Assembly: GCA_037129895.1 (NCBI GenBank)
Contig: JBAXUB010000002.1
Span: 463 to 64,462 of the forward strand
DNA from: Candidatus Tayloriibacteriota bacterium
GTDB lineage: Bacteria > Patescibacteriota > Minisyncoccia > Phycocordibacterales > PALSA-1337
DNA length: 64,000 nt
Direction: 5' to 3'
Shown here: piece after piece, positions 1 through 9,991 of the stretch
Layout: each line of letters starts with the position of its first letter
Position numbering within the stretch: the stretch's first letter is position 1
Notes under the pieces: generated by a model
The model's input: the letters and a program-made list of their open reading frames with translations, nothing else
Told to the model about the DNA's origin: nothing
Databases searched by the model: none
Made by a program: the position numbers and the translations under genes

Positions 1-1
1 G

Positions 2-1222
2 GACCTCATCTTTCTCTCGGGTGTATTGCTCAAACTTCTTTTGGTAAAAATCCTCAGTGATTTTGCCGTCTATTTTGTCGTCATAGATTGCCTCGAGTCG
101 TTTCTGGACTATCTGATACCTGCTATTGAGGTTACTTCTGACGCTAGTGCTGAAAGAGATCTCATCCGTGTGGCTATCACTCAATGCTTTCTTGATCCAA
201 CCGATAAGTCTCTCGTTCTTGAGGCTGATTTTCTCAAAATATGGCAGAAGCTGTTCCTCAACTTTCTCCTGACGGACAAATTTCTTCTGGGTACAGTCTC
301 GATATTTATTGCAATGCCCATACCAATGACCTTTCTGGATTTCCCATGTTACCGAGCCACCACATTCGGTACATGTGATCAGAGCCTTGAAAAGTGGTAA
401 GTGCTTGCGATAGCGTGGAATAGTATTACCCCTGAGTTTCACTTGGACCGCATTGAACAGGTCTTCAATGATGAGAGGCTCATGCGCGCCCGAGTGAATC
501 ATATTGTTATATCTAATTTTGCCAATATAAAAAGGATCGGTGAGGAGTTGTGCTACTCGAGACTTATAGACCTTGCCTCCAGTGCTACTTCGCATACCCG
601 CCTCGTGAAGTACATCTACAATAGTTTTAGTTGAATAATTACCAGTGGCATAGAGCTCAAACATCTTTCGGACCATAGGTGCTGTATTCTCATCGATGAT
701 ATGAGTCTTGCGACCTTTCTCTCCGATAGTCTTGTAGCCCACTGGTGGCTTGGTTGGTAGCCAACCTTGACGTAACTTTTCTCCCAATCCTTTTTTCACT
801 TCTTCAGAAAGGTTATCAATATAGTTTTTAGCAAATAGAATACGGATACCCCAGTTAAGTTTTTCTTGAGATTTGGAATTCTTATGGAGGATAAGAGAAT
901 CCTTAACAAGATGCACCTGCCGGTCCAGATCTTCTTCGAGCCATTCATCGATAGAGACTGCATCCTTGAAGTTTCGGGTAAGTCGGTCCACCTTTTCGCA
1001 GATAATAATCTTAATGCCTTGCTTGGTGACATACTCGATCATCTGACCGAAAACCTCACGCTGTTTCTTGCCACTAGCCGACTCGGAAATGGCAAAGACC
1101 TTACTGACCTCAAAGCCCTTCTTTCCAGTGTAATCCTTGAGGAACTTCTCTTGAGCTGGGAGTGAATATCCCGTTTCTTCTTGGTCTTTTGACGATACTC
1201 GTGCGTATATTACTGCTTTCAT
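2..1222 (-). CDS. Large serine recombinase (resolvase + recombinase + Zn-ribbon domains), 3' end beyond the window
   Basis: Absent from the ORF track because it has no stop in the window. Manual translation gives MKAVIYARVSSKDQEETGYSLPAQ...EKVDRLTRN...PPVGY...ITCTECG (catalytic YARVS and DRLTR motifs, Zn ribbon). Alternative in-frame ATG at 1234. Confidence 0.95.
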   Translation of the reverse strand, partial: MKAVIYARVSSKDQEETGYSLPAQEKFLKDYTGKKGFEVSKVFAISESASGKKQREVFGQMIEYVTKQGIKIIICEKVDRLTRNFKDAVSIDEWLEEDLDRQVHLVKDSLILHKNSKSQEKLNWGIRILFAKNYIDNLSEEVKKGLGEKLRQGWLPTKPPVGYKTIGEKGRKTHIIDENTAPMVRKMFELYATGNYSTKTIVDVLHEAGMRSSTGGKVYKSRVAQLLTDPFYIGKIRYNNMIHSGAHEPLIIEDLFNAVQVKLRGNTIPRYRKHLPLFKALITCTECGGSVTWEIQKGHWYGHCNKYRDCTQKKFVRQEKVEEQLLPYFEKISLKNERLIGWIKKALSDSHTDEISFSTSVRSNLNSRYQIVQKRLEAIYDDKIDGKITEDFYQKKFEQYTREKDEV

Positions 1223-1603
1223 TGATATATCCATAGTATATGGGTAAAATGCTTATTTATCTAGTAAAAATTCATTCGTATCTATTCGTCTCTATTTTAG
1301 AATGAGAGCTTAACAGAGCCACCCTACAGAACTAACTTTTTCAGAAAAATCATTGGTAGTTGATGGCAGTCTATTCTAGCAAAACCCTTGTGGCTCTCCA
1401 CTTTTTTGAGTGTGTATCTTTGTGTATCTATTCCTAGACGAACCATATTTCTTCTCGGGATTTTGAGTGGTCATCTATGGCCATCTATTCTGGCATTCCC
1501 CTTATTCCTAGGCCTTTTTCTGCATTGCCCTTTTTATATTTTTTTGCCTGCGTTTCGGTTCTCGTTTCGCTTCTTTTTTTTCTTTGAGTTTCTTTAGAGT
1601 TCT

Positions 1604-2128
1604 TTAGCCTACTAGATGTTCTGCGGGCGGAACAGGAGTTGAAGAAATACTGAACTTTTGAGCCAATTCCTGACACATCTGACGCACTTCCTTGATAGGT
1701 AATCCTTCTGCCCGTCGAATATACTCTTCTGTGGGCTGAACACCCTTTTCTATCAGCCGAAACATCTGTTCTGCCACTGGAACACGAAGTTGGAATATCC
1801 TCATGTTATCCACATGGGTGAAATCATTCTCATCTGCCCTCAAAAACTTCTTTTCGATTAGTCCTATACGAGCCTCTTGTAACATGGTTATCGAACAGCC
1901 GGGAATATCGCTAAAATATCCGAGTCGTATAGCGCTAAGAGAAATTGAAGTACTACCGAAGTGCTTATTCTTCAGATCCCATGGAACTATCTGTCGGTAG
2001 AACATGTAGAGGCGATATTCGAGGTTTGATAATTTCATCAGTCGGTTATACTCCCAACGATAGAATTTTATGCACCCCTTCCTAGCCATTTCTGGTATCT
2101 GTCTTTTCATTGTTATTTTTATCTTCAA
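1604..2128 (-). CDS. Putative replication initiator (wHTH-type) of the integrated element
   Basis: 174 aa. N-terminal 'LSNLEYRLYMFY...' resembles phage Rep HTH starts. Contains phased repeats in its 3' half and is followed by an A-rich tract. Confidence 0.55.
   Translation of the reverse strand: MKIKITMKRQIPEMARKGCIKFYRWEYNRLMKLSNLEYRLYMFYRQIVPWDLKNKHFGSTSISLSAIRLGYFSDIPGCSITMLQEARIGLIEKKFLRADENDFTHVDNMRIFQLRVPVAEQMFRLIEKGVQPTEEYIRRAEGLPIKEVRQMCQELAQKFSISSTPVPPAEHLVG
1619..1783. repeat. Iteron-like repeats TTCT-N7-GAA
   Basis: Copies start at 1706, 1727, 1748 and 1769 (exact 21-bp spacing), with one more at 1619. Confidence 0.7.
1806..1814 (+). promoter_or_regulatory. Perfect DnaA box TTATCCACA
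   Basis: Exact consensus match, 22 bp from the iteron-like array. Confidence 0.5.
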
Positions 2129-2264
2129 AGTCGAGCTTCATCAGGTGATCGAACATACCGACAAGTCTCTGACCAACGGCGAAAACCTCCTCCGGTGTCA
2201 AATTCTGGTCGAATTCGGTGTGAAGGATGTCAGAGAGGTCATTTAGGCTTTCTGTGGTCAACAT
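2082..2264 (-). CDS. Small hypothetical protein of the element
   Basis: 60-aa helical ORF in operon between the DUF5659-like and Rep-like genes. Confidence 0.65.
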   Translation of the reverse strand: MLTTESLNDLSDILHTEFDQNLTPEEVFAVGQRLVGMFDHLMKLDFEDKNNNEKTDTRNG

Positions 2265-2277
2265 AGCTCAACGTCGC

Positions 2278-2541
2278 TTAAACTGGCTCGTACAGGCGCG
2301 TCTTTAGTGCCTTGATCTGGTCAAAGTAGGCTCTCGGTTCGACTTTGAGTTCCTGTTTCTGGTATTTCCCGAGAACAGTGTCGAGTTTGGTCGTACGTTC
2401 GAAAAGAAAGTATGCACGGCGTGGATCAGCCTTATCGACACTTTCTATCGGGAAGAACAATGAAAGAACCGCCGCACATGCAAGGTCGGAAGTCTGGTAG
2501 GTCGTATTATTATCAATTCTCATATTCATTGTTATTGCCAA
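2278..2541 (-). CDS. DUF5659-like protein
   Basis: YQTSDLACAAVL...RAYFLF...LKVEPRAYFDQIKALKTRLY pattern typical of this CPR/phage family (recognised from memory). Confidence 0.75.
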   Translation of the reverse strand: MAITMNMRIDNNTTYQTSDLACAAVLSLFFPIESVDKADPRRAYFLFERTTKLDTVLGKYQKQELKVEPRAYFDQIKALKTRLYEPV

Positions 2542-2620
2542 TAAAAATAGGCTTGTGAGATAAGCCTATCGAAGTGGGGTTGAGTGATATTTAAATCTTG
2601 CGAGTTGTGCGAGTCATATT

Positions 2621-3373
2621 TTATTCCTCTCGCCAGACACGATTCGTTTTATATCTGAAGGGACCGGCAACACCGAAAGCATTTTTTATCTTTTGATTGA
2701 CGAGACGTGTAGCATCATAGACACTTCTTTTTGAATCCTTCGCCCAGTCAGCCATGTCTATAATTTCCTGTTCTTGTATCTGCACTCCCGTTTTTACTGA
2801 AAATAGTTTTTTACAAAGAAAATATTGATTAGTGTTTCTAGGAATTTCCAACTCCTTACCTTGGCTATAGACAACTCCCTTCTCATCGCTGAACGTGAGC
2901 TTACTATTCACTCGCATCTCTTTTGTAACTTCGAGTTGAAGTATCTCGTAAACCTTATTGCGTACACCGATGAACCCTTCCCAATCAATCATTGTAAATC
3001 CAACAAATTGTTTCTTTAGTTTTCCTGGGTCACGAAGAGCGACTTCTGCCAAAATTGGTAGTGAAGAATAGTGAGGACCATAAGTATAATTAATCCACTT
3101 GCCAGGTCCACGAGTAATCTTTAAAGGAATATATAAATCTTCAATGATACTGCGACGAAGGAGTGATGTTAAAAATCGGAGTACCTCCTCATCCGAGACG
3201 ATGAGAGCCATATCATCTTGAGTAAGCCAAACTCGATCAGTTTCAAGAGCCAGCGATTCGTACGCTGAAAAAATATAGTCCGCAACCTTTTTAACTTTTT
3301 CATTCGGATTGAAGCCTTCCTTGGGAAATATCTCTAGGAGAGCTTTCCAATCCTTCTCATTATTCATATTCAT
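2621..3373 (-). CDS. Hypothetical protein with C-terminal winged-helix (OmpR-like) DNA-binding domain
   Basis: C-terminal 'TNQYFLCKKLF...KRSVYDATRLVNQKI' wHTH-like pattern. Confidence 0.6.
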   Translation of the reverse strand: MNMNNEKDWKALLEIFPKEGFNPNEKVKKVADYIFSAYESLALETDRVWLTQDDMALIVSDEEVLRFLTSLLRRSIIEDLYIPLKITRGPGKWINYTYGPHYSSLPILAEVALRDPGKLKKQFVGFTMIDWEGFIGVRNKVYEILQLEVTKEMRVNSKLTFSDEKGVVYSQGKELEIPRNTNQYFLCKKLFSVKTGVQIQEQEIIDMADWAKDSKRSVYDATRLVNQKIKNAFGVAGPFRYKTNRVWREE

Positions 3374-3526
3374 TGTAATTATGGTCTTATCCTATTCCAG
3401 CTAGGCGATATAGGCAAGGTTGTTCGTCTTTAATGCGCGTAGCCGTAAGAAGTCCCGAGTATGTAGGAAAAAGCGTACACAGGACTGTCTAGGTGTGAAT
3501 TATAGCTTTCACTAGATAGCTCCAGG

Positions 3527-5224
3527 CTATAATTTTTTTGGTTCTATTTTTTGATTGCTCTTAACATCATTCAAAAATATCTTTGAGCTGTGGACATTTC
3601 CACTGTAATAATACGACAATGAATTTTCCTCGAAATTATAGACCATGTTCTTTTTCAAAAATTGATCCAAAATCTCTCGTCCTTGTTTCTCGAGTAAATC
3701 TTTTTTTCCTTCTGGTAATGACTCTGCATCATAAAATTCCTGTTTAAAACCTTGATACAATTTTGGAAATGCTTCGGCTAATTTTGAAAAAACAGGAATA
3801 TGCAAATCCTCTGCTTGTGCTTCATTCTGTTTTTCAGAAAACGCATAGAAACCAAACATATAAAAATAGACTAAAATCATTGCTGGAAAATAGCCTTTGT
3901 AATTTGGCATATGTCCATTTTTTCCATCACCAAGAATTTTTTCTTTTAGCTTTTCTACAAAAGCATTATAAGCAACATTATTCTCAACTGGGTTTTCCTG
4001 CATCTCGAGAAAGTGATCATACAGCTGATGTACTTTCAACCTAAATATCTCCTCATTCTCAATCTTGTATTTACTGATAGAATTATGAAAAAGATTATAC
4101 AAAAACTTACCTGTATTTTTTCTCACATGTTCGCTTTTATCTCTAGTTTTTACACCCCAAGTGTAATACCACGAAAAGCTCTCTACCTTATCTATAATCG
4201 CTTCAAGTTGCTTTTGTTCGTAGCATGATTCTATAAAATCACCGATTTCTTTAAAGAAGATTTCAATCAGCTTATCGTTGAGTTCGTAGTTTTTTTGGTA
4301 GTGATCTTTCAAGCTCACATGATTATTCTTTTCGTATACCAACTTAAAGTATCTGGTAACAAGAGCGATGTAATTCAACTGACCTACACTGTCTAGTCGA
4401 CTAAATCTATATTCTCCAAACATAACTCGCAATAATGAACCATCTTTTTCTTTTATCATTACGTCATCAAGGCAAAAAAGGGCATTCGGATAGATTTTTT
4501 GTCCGATAAACATATTCAAAAATGACTCGCTATTCTCTAGTGATTTCGTTATGAGTCGCTTTAGAAAAAACTCTATGTGATCTAAGACATGTTTGCCCTC
4601 TTTTCTTTTTTCTACATAAAAATCTACCGTGCGACCAAAAACAAAATAGGATTCTGAGAAATGCTTTAAGAGAATGTCACTTGCAAAATCGTTCCGAAAA
4701 ATATTTTGTACATCTTTATTTTCCAAAGATAGACTAAGTAGGTTGTCGAATAAATCTATACAACCCCGAATTGTTTGAGGGTTATCCAAATGTGAATTAG
4801 ACAATGTCCCAGCTAGAATGTTTTGTAGAATAGGAATCTGTTTTTTATTAAGTCGCTTCAGTGGAATAAAGATTAAATACAAATACATCAATACTGAGAT
4901 AAACATTAAAACAGCACCGGTAAATTCAAAAATAAATGGGCATCCAAGAAAAAGACCGTCGAGTTCGCCGAAAAACGCCAAAATAATACTAGTGATAGCA
5001 ATCCACAAAGCAACCCTTCTCATTCTGTAATTTAAACGAAATCTTAACTCGCTTTTGTTTGATATAAACTCAATAAAAGCCACCACAATTGACATTGCGG
5101 TGATTGCTACACCTAAATTGTATGAGGAATGGGTTTTCCAAATTGGACTGCCTAAAATAACATTGATTGTAGTATCAAACCAACTCACTAGTCCTCCCAA
5201 AAATTGATAAAAGATTTCATGCAT
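3527..5224 (-). CDS. Hypothetical membrane protein (about 3 N-terminal TM helices, large soluble domain)
   Basis: 565 aa, AT-rich; starts 3 bp after the nuclease stop codon. Confidence 0.8.
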   Translation of the reverse strand: MHEIFYQFLGGLVSWFDTTINVILGSPIWKTHSSYNLGVAITAMSIVVAFIEFISNKSELRFRLNYRMRRVALWIAITSIILAFFGELDGLFLGCPFIFEFTGAVLMFISVLMYLYLIFIPLKRLNKKQIPILQNILAGTLSNSHLDNPQTIRGCIDLFDNLLSLSLENKDVQNIFRNDFASDILLKHFSESYFVFGRTVDFYVEKRKEGKHVLDHIEFFLKRLITKSLENSESFLNMFIGQKIYPNALFCLDDVMIKEKDGSLLRVMFGEYRFSRLDSVGQLNYIALVTRYFKLVYEKNNHVSLKDHYQKNYELNDKLIEIFFKEIGDFIESCYEQKQLEAIIDKVESFSWYYTWGVKTRDKSEHVRKNTGKFLYNLFHNSISKYKIENEEIFRLKVHQLYDHFLEMQENPVENNVAYNAFVEKLKEKILGDGKNGHMPNYKGYFPAMILVYFYMFGFYAFSEKQNEAQAEDLHIPVFSKLAEAFPKLYQGFKQEFYDAESLPEGKKDLLEKQGREILDQFLKKNMVYNFEENSLSYYYSGNVHSSKIFLNDVKSNQKIEPKKL

Positions 5225-5227
5225 AAT

Positions 5228-6391
5228 TTATCGATTTCCTTTTGCTCGATTGTGTGTTTTACATAACATCTCACAATTTTTTACATCAGTAGCACCACCC
5301 TTACTCCATGCGGCAACATGGTCGGCATCCATATCTGTAAGATTCCAAATCTTATCTTTATTCGCGTCGTGACCAATCGCGCAATGCGAACAATTTGAGA
5401 CGCCTTTCTTTTTTGCTGTAGCAGTTTGAGCTTCATAAACTGAACGCTTTGTTGAGTCCTCAAATACTCGAACTTCGAGTAGTCTTGTTTCAACTTCTCC
5501 TCCTAAAACATACTCGAAAATACCCTTGCGACTTTTTACAAAGCCATCGGCGTAAAGTTTCTGGACCGTAGCGGACACTTTAGTGGGGTTATAGTTTTTC
5601 TTATGATAGGTTTGATAGAGTCTATTCCACTCAAGACCTCTCATTTCACTCTCAACATCAATGAAGACGGTTGAGGCCCAGTCAATAACAGTATTGAAAT
5701 GTTTTTTTAGTTCGTTAATATTTTTATCATTACGGTGTTTACTCATATAGCTATCAATTGATCCTTCAGAAACCCAATCAAGTGCCCGTTCAAGATATGC
5801 CTGTCGATTAAGTTCACCATCAATATACGTACTCCATTTTTGGACATTTGCATTCTGACTATTACTAAATTCTTCACGTGCGAGCGTGACAAATGGTCCA
5901 GAATAGACGGCGTTAAGAATTTCTTGTGGTTTTAATGGCACTCCAGCAATGTTGATTGTTTTAAACCAATCCTTGATCTCAGGTTCATCGCCTTCACATA
6001 GATAAACTAGCAGCTTTGTGTTCATTATCTGTTCACGTTGGCTCTCAGCCATACCACTATAGTATTGCTCATGTCCATTTTTATCTTTAACGGCAAATTT
6101 ACCAGTTACAAAACGACCAATACTCGTGATACGTTGCTGACCGTCCAGTACTTCAAACTTTTCCTTGCCGACTTGGTTGAAATAAATTAAACCGATAGGA
6201 TAACCTTTCGAAATTGATTCAATCACAGCAACGTCACGCTTGCCATCAGCATAAATATAATTACGCTGATACTCTGGCTGAATAGTTAATTTACCAGATA
6301 GACCAAACAACCCTTTTCCTTCAAGTTCATTATAGACGAAACCGTCGCAAACTTCTTTGATAGTAATATTATTTTTTAAAGTTGTTTTCAT
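5228..6391 (-). CDS. DUF262 (ParB-like/GmrSD N-terminal) + HNH endonuclease
   Basis: [18 protein letters not shown] and FKTIN motifs; C-terminal CSHC...DADH...WSKGG...[13 protein letters not shown] (HNH). Confidence 0.93.
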   Translation of the reverse strand: MKTTLKNNITIKEVCDGFVYNELEGKGLFGLSGKLTIQPEYQRNYIYADGKRDVAVIESISKGYPIGLIYFNQVGKEKFEVLDGQQRITSIGRFVTGKFAVKDKNGHEQYYSGMAESQREQIMNTKLLVYLCEGDEPEIKDWFKTINIAGVPLKPQEILNAVYSGPFVTLAREEFSNSQNANVQKWSTYIDGELNRQAYLERALDWVSEGSIDSYMSKHRNDKNINELKKHFNTVIDWASTVFIDVESEMRGLEWNRLYQTYHKKNYNPTKVSATVQKLYADGFVKSRKGIFEYVLGGEVETRLLEVRVFEDSTKRSVYEAQTATAKKKGVSNCSHCAIGHDANKDKIWNLTDMDADHVAAWSKGGATDVKNCEMLCKTHNRAKGNR

Positions 6392-6393
6392 AA

Positions 6394-7542
6394 CTATTTT
6401 TTCTTATGTCTAATAATAATTCTCTTATAAATCGGACTTTTATTTACTGCCGGCCCGTTCCACATCATCTTCTTTCCTTCTGTAAGTATTTCAATTTTTT
6501 TAGCTCCCAGTTCCGCACCATGCTCACCATTATTAAAGCTTCCAATAATCTCAAATTGCCCAGGTGAATATTTATCAAGAAAACTAATGGGAACACCCAT
6601 AAGACCTTTATAATCACTTGGGATATTTTTAACTAAGGATACTTCTATAGCATCGTAATTATCATATTTATCAAATGGTTTCTTTGTTACAAATTTTATG
6701 ACATCCGATTCAGGCATAAGTGGGAACGGCTGATGAAGTCGCCCATGGTCAAGATTTGTAAACCAACGCACACCCTGGACTCGTGTTATATATACTTTTT
6801 TACCCTTTTCATCAGTTTTTATTTCACGTACCTGATCCAAATTCGCCACAGCTTCTGGAATCTCATAAAACATTGCACCGCCATTAACCCTTGCGTTATT
6901 TCCCAACCAGACCTTATTCTTTTTGATCATTGAAAAAACTTCTCTGTAAGTTATTGCATTAAGATTGCCTATAATTAAAAATTGCTTTTTATTTTCAAAA
7001 ATTTGTGTTACATATTCACGAAATAAGCTAAATGGAGGATTAGTAACTACAATGTCAGATTGCTTGAGTAGTTCGACACATTCATCACTTCTAAAATCAC
7101 CGTCACCTTCAAGTGGAGTCCATTCGTTATTTTTATTTGATCTAAGCTGCTTTGCAATATCTTCTAGCGTAAAAGAACCGTCACCATCCACATCACCAAC
7201 ATCATTGATAATTAATTTATTAGCGACAATTTTTGGTCGCCCCTTGACTGGTTTAAGGGTAACATCATCACCGAATAGTGTTATTTGGGTGTTTGCGACT
7301 GGGGAAGGCTTGTAACTAGTTGAGATAAGTCTTTTTAGTCCTAAACGATTAAAATTTAAGACAAAATAGCGAAAGAAATTACTTTCGAATGGGTCATCAC
7401 AATTACTATAAACAACCTTACCTTTGAAAGTGTTTGGATTATATTCGAGATAAGACTCGACTTCTTTTTGAATATCAGAAAATTGAGTGTAAAACTCATC
7501 ATTTTTTGCATTCCTTGCCTTTGTAAGATTTTTATTTGCCAT
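6394..7542 (-). CDS. Adenine-specific DNA methyltransferase, EcoRI family
   Basis: [31 protein letters not shown] and [11 protein letters not shown] motifs. Confidence 0.95.
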   Translation of the reverse strand: MANKNLTKARNAKNDEFYTQFSDIQKEVESYLEYNPNTFKGKVVYSNCDDPFESNFFRYFVLNFNRLGLKRLISTSYKPSPVANTQITLFGDDVTLKPVKGRPKIVANKLIINDVGDVDGDGSFTLEDIAKQLRSNKNNEWTPLEGDGDFRSDECVELLKQSDIVVTNPPFSLFREYVTQIFENKKQFLIIGNLNAITYREVFSMIKKNKVWLGNNARVNGGAMFYEIPEAVANLDQVREIKTDEKGKKVYITRVQGVRWFTNLDHGRLHQPFPLMPESDVIKFVTKKPFDKYDNYDAIEVSLVKNIPSDYKGLMGVPISFLDKYSPGQFEIIGSFNNGEHGAELGAKKIEILTEGKKMMWNGPAVNKSPIYKRIIIRHKKK

Positions 7543-7545
7543 ATA

Positions 7546-8322
7546 TTAAAATTCAATCGAAGTTATGTACTCCCTGAACATCTTCACCTTCTTGCTATCC
7601 TCACCGTTTATAAGGAAAGGTTCAATATCCTTCGCAAGTTCGTCAAAATCAAAGTCAACTATCTTTTCGAGTAACACCTTCTTTAATTCAACTCCATTCT
7701 TGATACCAAGCTTCATCTCGAGATATTCATAGTTCGGCTTTGTCTGGGGGATAAGAAATACGATATCAAAGAAGTCTCGACCCTTTGCTCGAGAACGATT
7801 GACGGCAGCATAAAACTTTTGCGAGAGCAGTATGTCGATAGGTGTAGTAAATATCTGCGTGAAGACATCAAACTTGTTGAGTATCTTGGTATCCTTCTTG
7901 TAGTCAAAAGCATGAGGAACTGTGTCGATCTGAATCATTATCTTTTCCTCTTGGAGATCAGACATATCATTATCAAACAACACCTTCGGCATTCTGATGT
8001 ATGAACGATATGCCCCCTTGAATACATTCTTTATCTCGACCTCGTAGCCTTGGAGTTCAAGACCCTTCTTTACTTCGTTAGCGAGATCAGCAAACTGTTC
8101 TTCCGTAAGCTTGAAATTATCAAAATCAAGATCCTCGGAGAATCTACTGTTGTTGTAAACAATTCGCAGTGTAGTGCCACCAAGGAATATGAGGTCCTGT
8201 GCATACTTTGAATTAAAGATGATTTCAAGAATCTTATACTGTAAATACTCTCTCAAGATATTCCGCTTGAAAGGCTTCTGATTATCCGGATAGTATTGTT
8301 CTATATTCTTGAGGCTAAGCAT
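7546..8322 (-). CDS. abiEii: AbiEii/AbiGii nucleotidyltransferase toxin (type IV TA)
   Basis: FLGGTTLRIVY..SRFSEDLDF and R.KGRDFFD motifs. Confidence 0.93.
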   Translation of the reverse strand: MLSLKNIEQYYPDNQKPFKRNILREYLQYKILEIIFNSKYAQDLIFLGGTTLRIVYNNSRFSEDLDFDNFKLTEEQFADLANEVKKGLELQGYEVEIKNVFKGAYRSYIRMPKVLFDNDMSDLQEEKIMIQIDTVPHAFDYKKDTKILNKFDVFTQIFTTPIDILLSQKFYAAVNRSRAKGRDFFDIVFLIPQTKPNYEYLEMKLGIKNGVELKKVLLEKIVDFDFDELAKDIEPFLINGEDSKKVKMFREYITSIEF

Positions 8323-8932
8323 GGTTTATGTATGTTAAAAACTTCTTGGCTCGCTTTTCGAGAGCCTTGCTGTTAAATGCCAAAAGATACTTATTAAACT
8401 TTTCCATATTTATCTTTTCCTTAGCTTCAGGAATATTGAATCGTACTCCCTCAAATGATTCGCTATCGTTGATCTTTGAATTAAAGTGTAAGTAGTCAAG
8501 GATAGCCTTTTCTATTTCAGCCACTTGATAGTGATGACCATCATGTTCTCGGAGTTCATATCCGAACATAAGTTCAGGCTGTACATGTCTGTAGATAAAA
8601 TCGCCAACAGGGGTCTTCATGTTCTTGGTACGTTGAGAAGTGACTGACGTTACTCCGTAGACTGCTTCAGGAATTAATCCGTAAATAGATAGCGCCATTT
8701 CAAGTGAGATGTATGATGGTTCGTATACTCTATTTGCGATAGTGAATAGCGTAGGTTCATTGATCTGTAAATCAGAAAAGATGTAAAAACCCTTGCAGAT
8801 CTTCTTTACATAATCCTTCTTTTGCCACTCGCTCAATCTTTGCTTATGGAACGACAAATCCACCTTCTCGATATCCTTTATTGAGAAGATTGGGTAGTTC
8901 TTTAGTTGTGTCTTTAAGTCTAAATACTGCAT
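8315..8932 (-). CDS. abiEi: AbiEi antitoxin (type IV TA)
   Basis: PSYISLEMALSIYGLIPE...TSVT...EKAILD; overlaps the toxin start by 8 bp. Likely start is the ATG at 8932. Confidence 0.9.
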   Translation of the reverse strand: MQYLDLKTQLKNYPIFSIKDIEKVDLSFHKQRLSEWQKKDYVKKICKGFYIFSDLQINEPTLFTIANRVYEPSYISLEMALSIYGLIPEAVYGVTSVTSQRTKNMKTPVGDFIYRHVQPELMFGYELREHDGHHYQVAEIEKAILDYLHFNSKINDSESFEGVRFNIPEAKEKINMEKFNKYLLAFNSKALEKRAKKFLTYINHA

Positions 8933-9040
8933 TTTAATCAATATTATTCCGCTTTTTAGGAACAATAATTCATATTATAGCATAAGTCCATTTAGACAAC
9001 AACTAGCATAAACCTGCAAATATAGGGTAATATTCAATGT

Positions 9041-9637
9041 ATGAGTAATACTGGCACATTCAAAGCTTTAGGAGATTTACCTGAAGATATTGTCGAAAAT
9101 TTCAAAAACAAAGAATACGATATCTGCAAAGAAAAGTGTACTGATTTTTTAGTCTCCAATCCTAGCAACGGCATCGCCTTTATTTATCTGGGGAAAATAG
9201 CTGAATCGGAAAAAGATTATGAGACTGCAATTCAGCACTATAAAAAAGTTATAGAAATTGAACCTCGCTTCCCATTTATTTGGGGTTATATTGGTGAAAA
9301 CTATACTGAACTAGAAAAATACAAAGAGGCCTACGAAGCTTTCACTGAAGAAATTGCTCATATGCCCTGCAAAGCTGCACCTTGGTGTATGGCATCACTC
9401 AGCGCTCAGAAAATGGGAGATCACGAACTAGCTGTGGGAATATTAAAGATGGCACAAGGAAAAGTTGAAAAAGAGGGACAAAGCATAGTTGCTTTTGCAC
9501 TTGGAACATTACAGGAAGTAGTTGGCAATAACGACGAAGCTTTAGTGAATTATGTACAAGGTCAAATGAGTGCTTTGGATGAAGAAAATAAACTTATATC
9601 TGCAAAACGTATTTATAAGATGCTAAAGAAGGAGTAA
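9041..9637 (+). CDS. Tetratricopeptide repeat protein
   Basis: Several TPR-like units, e.g. AFIYLGKIAESEKDYETAIQHYKKVIEIEP. Confidence 0.85.
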   Translation: MSNTGTFKALGDLPEDIVENFKNKEYDICKEKCTDFLVSNPSNGIAFIYLGKIAESEKDYETAIQHYKKVIEIEPRFPFIWGYIGENYTELEKYKEAYEAFTEEIAHMPCKAAPWCMASLSAQKMGDHELAVGILKMAQGKVEKEGQSIVAFALGTLQEVVGNNDEALVNYVQGQMSALDEENKLISAKRIYKMLKKE

Positions 9638-9648
9638 GATATGATTAT

Positions 9649-9939
9649 ATGAGTCTAAGTACTACAAAAATTGATCCAATAAACATGACATTGATAGTAG
9701 ACCCAACTCATTCATCTGGTTGGAAAACTATCTTATTCAATTGTAATTGCCACACTTTCGAAGCAGTTACTCAACAAATAATACTAGCTATTCAATGCAC
9801 TAAAGAGAGGGCTGACAATTTAGCATTTTTTGCTGACCGTACTGGAAGTGTAATAGTATGCGAAGGTTCAAATGAAAAATGTGAAAAAGTAGCTAAGGTG
9901 TTGGGAAGTATTGGGTTGGTTGTTACGGTAACTCAATAA
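9649..9939 (+). CDS. ClpS-like adaptor protein
   Basis: WKTILFNCNCHTFEAV...A...G...VCEG..EKCE...L...GL resembles the ClpS core (canonical N-D-D-x-H/T). Confidence 0.7.
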   Translation: MSLSTTKIDPINMTLIVDPTHSSGWKTILFNCNCHTFEAVTQQIILAIQCTKERADNLAFFADRTGSVIVCEGSNEKCEKVAKVLGSIGLVVTVTQ

Positions 9940-9991
9940 AATAGGAATTGGGTAAGATTGGGTACAATTGAGTATAGTTAGCTTTATCCAA

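Noticed and set aside
26-1165. Plus-strand ORFs 26-400, 401-634, 866-1165 and minus ORF 796-1032
   Set aside because: Shadows of the minus-strand serine recombinase, which the ORF track missed.
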